Of a stretch of DNA of 64,000 bases, positions 1 through 11,512 are shown piece by piece. Below the pieces are notes generated by a model. That model ran no database searches, was not told the origin of the DNA, and saw nothing but the letters and a program-made list of their open reading frames with translations. The translations under genes were made by a program, and so were the position numbers. The stretch lies in assembly GCA_030324005.1 (NCBI GenBank), contig JARDVH010000001.1, forward strand, positions 91,780,276 to 91,844,275, given 5' to 3'. This DNA is from Negaprion brevirostris (taxonomy: Eukaryota). Positions within the stretch are counted from its first letter, which is position 1; each line of letters opens with the position of its first letter.

Positions 1-358
1 AGGTCTATAAAATAATGAGGGGCACAGATCAGCTAGATAGTCAATATCTTTTCCCAAAGGTAGAGGAGTCTAAAACTCGAGGGTATAGGTTTAAGGTGAC
101 AGGGGAGAGATACAAAAGTGTCCAGAGCGGCAATTTTTCACACACACGGTGCTGAGTGTCAGGAACAAGCTGCCAGAGATAGTAGTAGAGGCAGGTACAA
201 TTTTGTCTTTTAAAAAGCATTTAGATAGTTGCATGGCTGAGGTGGGTATAGAGGGATATGGGCCAAATGTCCATATTGGGACTAGCTTAGGGGTTTAATA
301 AAAAGGACAAGTTGGGCTGAAGGGCCTGGTTCCATGCTGTAAACATCTATGACTCTAT
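1..358 (+). mobile_element. CR1-type LINE 3' end fragment
   Basis: RT C-terminal/3'UTR motifs (aggtctataaaataatgagggg; tttaaggtgacaggggagagatac; gggctgaagggcctggttccatgctgta...ctatgactctat tail). Same tail family as 19250-19630 and the minus-strand copies. Confidence 0.8.
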
Positions 359-2049
359 AATTGAAGCTTTTGGAAATCCGCATTCATAAAGAGCAAAGGG
401 CAATGTCAACAAACAGCTATTGTTTAAGAATGGTTTTTAACTTTCACTAACACTGTTTTTCTTAAGTTTAAAGACTGAGGATTTAAATCACTTCACATAT
501 GACAGTTACACAGACCTTTGTCTGCTGTTTACGTCTACATCATAAATTTCCCACATTGCAGGTTGAAGCAACTGCAAAAACCAAAATAAGGTCTGTTTGA
601 ACCCTGCATTGAGGACTTATGGCTCTGCCTTATGAATGAATCATGCCCAACCTCCTTTTCCTTACTGCTTGGATTTGTTGGAAATGAGGGCTGGACCTCT
701 ACATTCAGATCCCACCCAACACTTTGGAGCCCTGTGGCGTTTCCCTGACTCAGCGAAAATCTTGACCTCAGACAACAGTTGCCTTGAGATGTCAACCCAA
801 CATTATTGTTGCTCCACAACTCCCCAATTTACAATTCATCTGCCGTGTACCATCACAGTGCTATCTCTTGGTCAAAATCCTGGATTATAAGTTACTAACA
901 AAAAAATCCATAACTTTATCCATCAGCACTTCCAATTCTATGTACAAAGTTTAACTGTCCAGCCTTGCACATTCCTTAGTGCTTGTGTTGCAGGTCATTT
1001 TGCTTTTCTTGGTGTTTCGGTTTAGTGCTGTCCCAGGGACTTAAACATGTGAAATATGGAAACTGGAGACTTTCAGTGGTGTAGACTGAAGATGTCCTTT
1101 GAGGATGATCTGAGCAGCTCTGGGGGTAGCTGTGGGGGAGGGGNNNNNNNNNNNNNNNNNNNNNNNNNNNNNNNNNNNNNNNNNNNNNNNNNNNNNNNNN
1201 NNNNNNNNNNNNNNNNNNNNNNNNNNNNNNNNNNNNNNNNNNNNNNNNNNNNNNNNNNNNNNNNNNNNNNNNNNNNNNNNNNNNNNNNNNNNNNNNNNNN
1301 NNNNNNNNNNNNNNNNNNNNNNNNNNNNNNNNNNNNNNNNNNNNNNNNNNNNNNNNNNNNNNNNNNNNNNNNNNNNNNNNNNNNNNNNNNNNNNNNNNNN
1401 NNNNNNNNNNNNNNNNNNNNNNNNNNNNNNNNNNNNNNNNNNNNNNNNNNNNNNNNNNNNNNNNNNNNNNNNNNNNNNNNNNNNNNNNNNNNNNNNNNNN
1501 NNNNNNNNNNNNNNNNNNNNNNNNNNNNNNNNNNNNNNNNNNNNNNNNNNNNNNNNNNNNNNNNNNNNNNNNNNNNNNNNNNNNNNNNNNNNNNNNNNNN
1601 NNNNNNNNNNNNNNNNNNNNNNNNNNNNNNNNNNNNNNNNNNNNNNNNNNNNNNNNNNNNNNNNNNNNNNNNNNNNNNNNNNNNNNNNNNNNNNNNNNNN
1701 NNNNNNNNNNNNNNNNNNNNNNNNNNNNNNNNNNNNNNNNNNNNNNNNNNNNNNACGGGATTAAAACAAATACTTGTGTGTTATGTAATTGACGCCTTTG
1801 CTGATTACTGGGATTATTTCCATGACTCCCTCCGATAACCCAGGGTCTTGCTTGATCACTTTCATATTCAACAAGAAGCATCAGTGTTTTCTTTCTAATC
1901 ATTTAATCCAGCTATTCACTTCTATGGGAGGATCAAGTTTATGGGGAATCCTCTGACCATAAATAGCAGTAAATTAGAAAAATGTAATATTAAGGGATTA
2001 ACCAAGAAGCACTGGGATAAATAAAAGTCAGACCCAGCACAATGAAGTG

Positions 2050-3050
2050 GTAACTAATTATAATAAATAATACATGGATAAGTGGAATTAGACAAGGAGA
2101 TTAAGTTAAAATAAGAGGTGTATCTTTTAAGACTAAGTAATTAGAAAACTTAGCAAGTAAAACTAAGTATGTTACATTCAAGACATGGCAGGTGAGGTCA
2201 GCTGAGTGAAATGTTTGACCTGTCATATGTGGGAAGTCATGAATCGTAACGGCATCGTATATGACCACATGTGCAGGCAATGCTCTCAACTGCAGAAACT
2301 TGTGCTCCTGGTTTTGGAGCTCAGGTAACAGCTGGAGATACTGTGCCATACCCTTGAGACTGAGAGTTACATGAATAGAACATTTAGAGAGACAATCACA
2401 CCGCAGTTCAAGGAACTGGAGGAAGGAAATAAGGGTGACCACCAGACAGTCCCAGAGAGACGGGCAGGTGGTGCAGGAGTCCCTATTCTCAAATAGGTTT
2501 TCCATTTTAGAACCTGATGAGGGTGTGGGTTCCTCAAGGGAGTTCAGTCAGAGCCAAGCTTCTGGCTGTGTTAGCAGTCTAACTGTACAGGAGGGGAAGA
2601 AGAGGGAAGGTAGAGTGTTGGGGATTCATTAGTTAGGGGAACAGACAGGTATTTCTGCAGCCACAGATGTTGCCTTCCTGGAGCAAGGGTCAGGGATGTC
2701 ACTGAACAGCTGTAAAGCAACATGAAGGGTGGTGAGTCAGAGGTTGTGGAACACGTTGGTACCATTGATACAAATAGAATAAAGGAAGAGACCTTGCATC
2801 ACAATTCAGGGAGCTAGACAGAATTATTAAAGAGCAGGACCTCAGTACTCTCTGGATTACTCCTGGTGCCAGATGTTAGCGAGTACAGGAATAGAAAAAC
2901 AGGACAGGTGGGATAATCCGCATCTGAACTTTGCGGGTGGGTTTCTTCATGCCGCTTGGAGGTGTTTAAACTAGTTCAGCAGAGGGGGCATTAGTACAAT
3001 AAGGACATAACGTTTGACAGTAAAGGAACCAAGACAGACAGAGTTCAGCC
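2050..3050 (+). mobile_element. Degenerate CR1 ORF1 region (esterase/SGNH-like remnant)
   Basis: Broken frames give SNRFSILE, GDSLVRGTDRYFC and CLPGARVRDV, typical of CR1 ORF1. Many stops and frameshifts. Confidence 0.65.
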
Positions 3051-4929
3051 ATGTTGGGCAAAATCTTACCAAAAATTGGAAGTGTTGTTTCTGCTGAGAA
3101 AACTAACATTTTCTCTCCATTTTCTGCCAAAAAATAAGTCAGGGGGACAGGACCTCAACATGCCTGCAAATCCCCACTGCTCAAAAATTGGGGCACCCTG
3201 ATCAGAACCAGTGTAAATCTACCCCCCACCCCCAGCCCAGCATTGAGGTCTNNNNNNNNNNAAAGTTCTCCCCATCCACTCGGCCCCTTCACCTCCATAG
3301 TCTGAGCCAGCACCCACCTTCACCATTTCCCAATCTCCTCGCACATCACTCCCCTCCTCCATGTATTAACTTCAGGAGGGAGGGAGGAGTTGTTGAAAGC
3401 CACTTCCTTCCCTCGCTGCCAAATCGCCTTTCCACAAACCCCACATGGTGACCCTCATCCCATCATCATTCATCTCCTCAATCCAAGGCTTCAGATGGGT
3501 GTAGTACAGGCAGCTGCTTCAGCTTCTCCAGTGGTGCTGCTGAGTACTGAAGAAGGGTCCATGATCCCAGGTGAAAGCCCACGTTGACTTGTTTGCTGGT
3601 CTTCTCAAAAAGAAATAATGCAGGGCTCGCGCCAGTTTCNNNNNNNNNNNNNNNNNNNNNNNNNNNNNNNNNNNNNNNNNNNNNNNNNNNNNNNNNNNNN
3701 NNNNNNNNNNNNNNNNNNNNNNNNNNNNNNNNNNNNNNNGCGCCAGTTTCTCAGCTGACAGCTGAGAACCTCATTGTCTCGACAAGTTTACATCCAATAT
3801 ATCAGTACAAATGTAGATTAGCAACATTATTCGGATCCATTGTAAAGTAAGATAGATTTAAGCAGGGTGCTATGCACTGCAATATTAACGAATTCTGAAT
3901 TTTATTTCAAATAAACATCCTTAAAATATCTGATGAATAATTATACTTGTACAATTACCTTCCATTCTGTATTAATATCATAGAATGCGCTTCCATTCCA
4001 ATGGTTGTAAAATCACTACAGTGGACGGTGTCAATGCTCAGTGCAATTCCCAACATTTCACACTTGTATAATAAAAGTGCCTGTTATACTGAATAATAGC
4101 ATTGGGATTTGGGAAATGGAACATATTTCTACCTCAGCCACTTGATAATATCAAGCATTTATAGCACAGTTATGATATAATTTGATGTAGAGAAAAGATC
4201 CCTCTACTTTGTTGTGACACTGGTCATCATCGTCAGCCTTAGTGGAACAACCCCTACTGCATCTGACGATTTTGGTTTCCCATATCAGTCATCCCATGGC
4301 CCGCTTAAATGAGATTGTCAAATTAGTGCCACAGGTGAATAACTGGAATTAAATTTTCAATAATAATATGAAAATTGTTGAACATGACAGTTAGAGACAA
4401 TTAGCACTGTAAATTAGCATTTTCCATGCTTAAAACAGACTGCTTTTGTTGAAGAGCTTGAGTTCATATAGCAGCTTATGACATGCTTAAAACATTCCAA
4501 AGTCCTCATACTGATGATTGCAATCAGTATTCTTTTCTCGAGCAAAGTACGCTGTGAAATTTTGTCCAAGATGTCTTGCTCTTTATATAAAATGGTTCTT
4601 AGTTGATGGTGGGGAGGATTTTCTCTGGGTTCTTTTGCTGATGATTTCTGATGTTCCAATATTGTTCAAAAGTAAACAAGTTCTACCTTCCTTCTGTTGC
4701 CTGAAACAAGTAACCATTCATAAAATTGCATAAAATCTACAGCACAGAAGCAACCATTCAGATGAACTGGTCTATGCTGTTTTGTTTACACCACACAAAC
4801 CTTTTCTCCTCTAATGACCTCTTCCCACCTAGTTCCTGTGGTTTACTCCCTTCTACCACATGTATGTCTTAAGCCTTCTGCTAGATATGTCATTTCTCAA
4901 CTGAAACATGAGTGAGTTTCCACATTGTT

Positions 4930-7900
4930 AAAAATTTAATTCATGGGCATCCCGGCAAGGCCAGCATTTATAGCCCATCTCTGATTGTGCTCGAAGGTGG
5001 TGGTGAGCTGCCTTCATGAACCATGGCAATCCTTGTGGTATAACCATAGTGCTGTTAGGAAAGGAGTTCCAGAATTTTGACCCAGCAACAGTGAAAGAAC
5101 AGCAATGTAGTTTCAAATCAGGAAGGTGAGAGGCTTGGAGCAGAATCTCCAGGCGGTGGTGTTCTGCTGTGTTTGCTGCCCCCATGCTTCTAGATGGTAG
5201 TGGTTATGGATTGAAAGATGCTGGCTGAGGAGGTTTCGTGAGTTCCTGCAGTGCATCTTGCAGCTACTGTATTGTCAATGTTTGTGGATGGCATGCTAGT
5301 TAAACGGGCTTCTTTGTCCTGGATGATGTTGAGTGACTTGAGTGTTGTTGGAACTGCACTCATTTGGGCAAGTCCCTCACACACCTGACTTGTGCCTTGT
5401 AGATGATGAACAGGCTTTGGGGTTGTCAGGAGCTGAGTTAGCCATTGCAGTATTCCTAGTGTCTGATCTGGTCTTGTAACCATAGTATTTATATTGTCCA
5501 GTTCAGTTTCTAGCCAATGGTAAAACTCAGGATGTTGATCTTGGGGGATTCAGTGACAGTAATACCATTGAATTTCAATGGCCATTGGTCACATCCNNNN
5601 NNNNNNNNNNNNNNNNNNNNNNNNNNNNNNNNNNNNNNNNNNNNNNNNNNNNNNNNNNNNNNNNNNNNNNNNNNNNNNNNNNNNNNNNNNNNNNNNCATT
5701 GGTCACATCCTCACTTGTTGGAGTTGGTTATTGTCTGGCATTTATGAGTTGAGAATGCTACCTGCCATTTATCAGTCCAAGCGTGGATATTGTTTACGTT
5801 TTATTGCATTGGACATAGACTGCTTCAGTATCTGAGGAGTAATGAATGGTGCTGAACATCATACAATTCTCAGCAAACATCTTCAACTCTGATGATTTGA
5901 TGGAAAGATGGTCATTACTGAAGATGGTTGGGCCAAGGACACTGCTCTGAGGAACAGTTGCAACAATATCCTGGGACTGAGATGATTGAACTCCAACAAC
6001 CACAACCATCTTCTGTTGTGCCAGGTGTGACATCAATCAGTGGAGTGTTTCCTCCGATTCCCATTGACTCCATTTTGGCTTGGACTCAATGCCATACTTG
6101 GTCAAATGCTGCCTTGATGTCAAAGGGAGTCACTCTCGCCTCTGGAGTTCAACTCTTTTGTTCATGTTTGAACAAAGGTTGTAATGAGGTCAGAAACTGA
6201 AAGACACTAATCAAACTCGAACTGCATGTCAATGAGCACATTATTGCTGAACATGTGCCACTTGATTACCCCCTTTCCATCATTTCTTAATCAGGAGTAG
6301 ACTGAGGTGGTAACTGGCTAGACTGGATTTGTGCTGCTGTTTATGGACAGGATGTCCCTGGGCAATTTTCCACATTGTTGGTTAAATTCTAGTGTTATAG
6401 CTGTACTGGGACAGCTTTGCTCAGGATGCAATAAGTCCCGGAACATAAATCTTCAGTACTTTTGCCAGAATACTGTCAGAGCTCTAGCTTTTTCAGTGTC
6501 CAGTGCCAACAAGCATCTTGTGTATTGAAACAAATTGTCTGAAGACTGGCATCTGTGATGCTGTCATCCACTCAGCACTTCTGGCTGAAGATTGTTGAAA
6601 ACTTGTCAGCCTTACCTTTACACTGAAATGCTGAGCTCCTCAATCATTGAGGGTGGTGTATTTGTAGAACTTCCTCCTCCAGTGAGTTGTTTAATTATCC
6701 ATTGCTATTCACAACTGGATTTAGTAGGTCTGTAGAGCTTAGATCTGACCCATTAGTTGTGAAATCACTTATCTCTGTCTACAGTTAGCTGCTAATGTTT
6801 GGCATGCAAATAGCCCTGTGTTGTAGCTTCACCAGGTTGATACCTCATTTTAGATATACTGCACCTGGTATGCGCTCCTGCACTCTTCTTTGAACCAGTA
6901 TTGATTTCCTCAGCTTGGTGATAATGGTAGACTGGGGGAATATGCTGAGCCACGAAGTTACAGATTGTGGTTGAGTGGAATTCTTCTGCTGCTGATGGCC
7001 CACTGTACTTCATGGATGTCTGTCTTAAGTTGCTAGATCTGTTGAAAATCTATCCCATTTTGCATGGTGGAGGCTATCCTTAATGTGAAAACAGGACTTT
7101 TTTCTCCATAGCCACATCTACCAATACAGTTATGGGCAGATGTATTTATGGCAGGNNNNNNNNNNNNNNNNNNNNNNNNNNNNNNNNNNNNNNNNNNNNN
7201 NNNNNNNNNNNNNNNNNNNNNNNNNNNNNNNNNNNNNNNNNNNNNNNNNNNNNNNAGTTGGTGAGGATGAGATGAAGTATATTTTCCCTGTTGTCAGTTC
7301 CTTCACCATTTGCCACAGACCCAGTCTAGCACTTCTGTCCTTTAGGACAGCCAGCTCGATCTGTGGCGGAACTACTGAGCTAGCATTGGTGATAGAGACT
7401 GAAGTCTCCCACCCAGAGTACATTCTGTTCACTTACCACCCCCAGTGCTTCCTCCAAGTGATGTTTGACCTGGAAGGGGTAGGGGTGGGGGTGGGGGGTG
7501 TGGTGAGATGGTGGTTGGCAGCTGTAGTCAAAATCAGCCAGCAAGAGGTTTATTTGCCCATGTTTGATCTGATGCCATGGGACTTCATGGGATCCAGAAT
7601 GGATGTTGAGGACTCCCAGGGCAACTCCATCCTGACTGTATACCATTGTACTGCCACCTCTGTGGGTCTGTCCTGCTGGCAACATAGGACATATTCATGA
7701 ATGTTGCTGGTAGTGGACATTACCTGTAAGGAATGATTCTGTAAGACAGCTCTCCCAATGTTGGCACTAGCCACCAGATATTAGTAAGGACTTTGCAGGG
7801 TTGACAGGATTGAATTTGTCATTGCCATTTCTGGTGTCTCAGTTGATTCTGGTTTCATTTCTTATTGACTTTTTCTAGCACTTTTGACACAACTGAGTTG

Positions 7901-8160
7901 CTTGCTAGGCCATATCAGAGGGCATTTAAATGGCAACTATATTGCTGTGAGTCTGGAGGCCAGCTCAGGTAAAGATGTCAGGTTTCCTTCCCTAAAGGAC
8001 ATTAGTAAACGAGTTGGGATTTTATGACAATTGACAGTGGCTCCATGGTCAAATTCCAGATTTTTATTAATTTAATTCTAATGTTGCCATTTGCCACAGC
8101 TTTATCCTGGGTCACTGAATTACTAATCCAGTGACAATGCCATATGCCACCACCTCCCCA
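4930..8160 (-). mobile_element. Near full-length degenerate APE-endonuclease/RT non-LTR retrotransposon (CR1/L2 superclade) with tRNA-like 5' head
   Basis: Minus-strand fragments: EN-like (HQIKHGQINLLL, NVLWVGDFS, RLGLWQMVKELTTGK) and RT (VPQSSVLGPTIFS, MFAENC, KFWNSFPNS). 3' tail gatgggctataaatgctggcc at ~4960. 5' end at 7890-8160 is homologous to the element at 28075-28420. Confidence 0.8.
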
Positions 8161-8289
8161 GCATGAGTTTATATTGTAGTTGATTTGTTAAATATTTATT
8201 TATGGGATGTGGGCATCACTGGCGAGGTTAGTATTTGTTGCCCATTCCTAATTGGTCATGACAAAGTCGTGGTGACTTGCTTCCTTAAG

Positions 8290-8890
8290 CTGCATAAGAT
8301 TTTAAACGGTGAAGAGAAGCAGAGAGATAATGGTGTGAAGATGCACAGTTCTTTAAAGCAGCTTTAAAAAATTTTAAAAAGCAAGTGAAACTCCTGTTTT
8401 TATCTAAAGCCATGCAATACAAAAAGGCAAATAAATTATTGTAAACATGTACAGTACTTTAGTTCAGCTACTTTTCGATAAGTGTGTAGACTTTTGGGAA
8501 ACTTATAATAGAAATGATATAAAAGCAAATGAAAAAGTTGCAGCATTGATCACCAGCATGTTACCAAAGTTGAGCAATTTCAGTTATTCAGTGAAATGTG
8601 AATAGCTAGGACGATAATGAACATCACGATAGATTGTTTCCACCTGTTGGGTGAGATGATAACAAGATGGAACAAAGAGGAGACAGACAATATAAACAAT
8701 TTATAGATATGCTTGTTGACATAACAAAACTTTATGCTTTGAACGGGTGCTTACTTAAAACAGAAGTAGACAGTTGCTCCTAAAAATTGATATTAAAACA
8801 AATGGGGAGCAATCAGGAAATGACGATGTGATATTTAATGTGTAGAAAAACATTGGGGCCATAAGGCCAGTTTTCATGCTGCATGACTCA
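8290..8890 (+). mobile_element. Old, highly decayed CR1 RT fragment
   Basis: Residual CR1 RT 3' motifs (tgtacagtactttagttcagctac, gaaaaagttgcagcattgatcaccagcatgttacc). Confidence 0.45.
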
Positions 8891-9080
8891 ATAATCCTAA
8901 AGACAGAAAATCAAAGTAACATAAGTGATGCTGAGAATCATCCAGTATATTCTCACCAAAACCTAAATGCAGTTTAGAGAAAGCGTGACAAGTGTCCTGA
9001 AACCTGTATCCTGGGTCTCAGCCTCATGTTGGGATTTCTGTGCAGTTTGTAATGGTGAGCATCTGGTTACACATTTACAA

Positions 9081-9495
9081 TGATGTGGAGATGCTGGTGT
9101 TGTACTGGGATAAACACAGTAAGAAGTCTGACAACACCAGGTTTAAGTCCAACCTATTTACTTGATAGTAAACTCACAAGCTTTTGGGGTTTGTCCCTTT
9201 GTCAGGTGACTGGAGAGTTCAGGCCCCAGACAGAGCATATAACAGAACAGACAGTTTACAGATTACTGATTAGAATGCGAGTCTTTACAACTAACCTGCT
9301 ATTCAAGTCTTAAAGATGCCGACNNNNNNNNNNNNNNNNNNNNNNNNNNNNNNNNNNNNNNNNNNNNNNNNNNNNNNNNNNNNNNNNNNNNNNNNNNNNN
9401 NNNNNNNNNNNNNNNNNNNNNNNAAAAGCTTGTGAGTTTACTATCAAATAAATCAGTTGGACTTAAACCTGGTGTTGTCAGACTTCTTACTGTGT
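9081..9495. mobile_element. Palindromic Penelope-like non-autonomous element (interrupted by N gap)
   Basis: Arms 9112-9185 and 9424-9497 are inverted repeats. Flanked by ttacacatttacaa (9067-9080) and ttacacctttacaa (9496-9509), a 13/14 TSD-like pair. Same terminus (tgatgtggagatgc) as the 32535 copy. Confidence 0.75.
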
Positions 9496-11398
9496 TTACA
9501 CCTTTACAAGACCAGAGGCATTCAAGGGAATGGGGCTGCAGCAAGGAACTTGGATTTCCAGTGCCAGATTATTCCTCTTCTCTGGTTTCAAAGGGAGCAA
9601 AACTGGATTGTAACCGAGATCTCCAGAGGCAGATAACGAAATGTTGTTTTAAAATGTTTTATATTTCCAGTACGGAGACCATCCAGAGGGGTCCCCACAG
9701 TCTCCAGCCAATGCACTGTCTCAGTTTTCAACCTGACCAGTTTTCAAGCTGACCAACCCAGTTTTCAAGTGAGCCTCCTATATAACCACCCATGTGGCAC
9801 TTATGCCTAAAATTTCCTTTCAAATTAAAAAGCCCCATCCCCCCCACACCAAATACTGTCAACAGTGGGGCTGGAATATGTCCCCCTGCAGATTATCAGT
9901 CCTCTTTGTGTTTTGGAGATTTACTACTTTAGGATTTCCTGTAGGATTTCCTCTCTCAAAAATAATCAAAATATATTTATTTTTTATAGATTTTGTTGTA
10001 CATAAAAGCAGAAAAAATAAAGGCAGTCTACTGGAAAAGTTGCATGATGATAAACCCTAATTAATTTTCTCAAGGACATAATCTGCAATCTAATGTATTT
10101 TAAATACAATTCTGGCATAATTGAGGCTGCAGCACCAATATGTTTTTAAGTGAACATTCGAAAAGAGAAATTATGAATAATTTTCTAACTCAATTGTGGA
10201 ATAAATGCAAACAAAATGAATGGCCTTAAACTCTTGAACTGAAAATTAAATTGTGCGATATTATCACTTTAAAAAGACAGATATAATTGTTCCAGTTTTG
10301 CTTCAAATATTCTCATCCTGCTTTTAATGTGGAAATAATTATATAAAATTTTAATATTATTCAAGGTTGTAATCATAATCTTTGCGTCTCTTACTGTCGA
10401 TTGACAAGCTGCAAGAAGCAGGTGGCTGCCTTTGCTGTGTGTTGTTAAAGTTATTTTCTTTGCCACTGTCCGTGGTACGATTCCTGTCTTTCCCAGCTTT
10501 TGCCCTGCTGGTTCTCCTGCTCTTTGCACATTGCATTAGTTTGAGTTCCACATTGAATGATTTCAAATGCACTGATGCTATTNNNNNNNNNNNNNNNNNN
10601 NNNNNNNNNNNNNNNNNNNNNNNNNNNNNNNNNNNNNNNNNNNNNNNNNNNNNNNNNNNNNNNNNNNNNNNNNNNNCAAAAAGGTAAATACACCCAACCT
10701 TTATGAAACCAAATGATTAAATGGCTGTGCAAACATAATTTATAATTCATAAATCGTCTGACAGTAATGTGTGGTGCGTTTACCTTTCAAAATCTGGACA
10801 CGGACATTCCACAGGCTTTCCTCATGGACAAATAACAATTCCAGCAAAGTAAGCTTCAACTACTAAAAATCTCTTTAAATTTACTGTCATGCAAACCTTA
10901 CAATCAATGGGAAATGAATGCATTAAACGCTGTTCTGTCATGTCATTCTCAGCTCACTTTTCTTTGGATACTCGGGGTCTTATTTTCACTCGGCATCCAA
11001 TGTGAATCCACACTCAATTGCTCTTTCCTGTTACCAAGGCAACCGATCATTCACAACAATACCACCCAGCAGCATTGACAAAAAAAATTGAAACCCCAGA
11101 AACCTACCTATCATACCTGATTCACAGTCCTTCCAGGACGTTTCAGTGGATGACCTCCTAAATCTTTAGGTGATCCATGTGTTTGTTCATGCACAGCTCT
11201 TATTCTGTATAACAGAGATAACAAGAGAGTGGATAGTCCTGACAGGCCTGAGTTATCTGTCTGCCACTCCTGGTCTGTCTTGGTATATACAGGATGTGTT
11301 CACTGTTTGAACTGTAGCTTTAACAGAGTTTGATGGCCTCACAAACAGAGCCCAGCTGAAAAATAAAAACACATTTTCTCGGCAGCACCGGTGAGACA

Positions 11399-11407
11399 AT
11401 GACCTGA
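11399..11407 (+). promoter_or_regulatory. Two-codon upstream ORF (ATG ACC TGA) 5 nt before the KCNIP start codon
   Basis: gagacaATGACCTGAtcaccATG. Both ATGs have A at -3. Only functional if it lies within the 5' UTR, which I cannot verify. Confidence 0.45.
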
Positions 11408-11412
11408 TCACC

Positions 11413-11512
11413 ATGAACTTGGAAGGGCTTGAGATGATAGCAGTTTTGGTAGTGATTGTATTATTTGTTAAAGTGTTGGAACAGTTTGGTCTGCTGGAAG
11501 CAACTGTTGAAG
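11413..11512 (+). CDS. KCNIP4: Kv channel-interacting protein, alternative first coding exon encoding the KIS transmembrane N-terminus (KChIP4a-type)
   Basis: 33 codons + 1 nt: MNLEGLEMIAVLVVIVLFVKVLEQFGLLEATVE|G. Closely matches mammalian KChIP4a N-terminus as recalled (MNLEGLEMIAVLIVIVLFVKLLEQFGLIEAGLE-D). Kozak tcaccATG; donor AAG|gtaagg at 11513; phase 1 fits the following Asp codon. KCNIP2 has a similar exon (KChIP2x), so paralog assignment is less certain than family assignment. Confidence 0.88.

Noticed and set aside
976-1902. Long ORFs spanning N runs (also 17341-18299, 24316-24785, 37516-37912)
   Set aside because: Length comes from X codons in assembly gaps; the flanks have no coherent protein except known transposon fragments.
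11378-11400. Possible REST/NRSE site (gcagcaccggtgagaca) before the neuronal exon
   Set aside because: Only the CAGCACC half matches; the GGACAG half is absent at canonical spacing.
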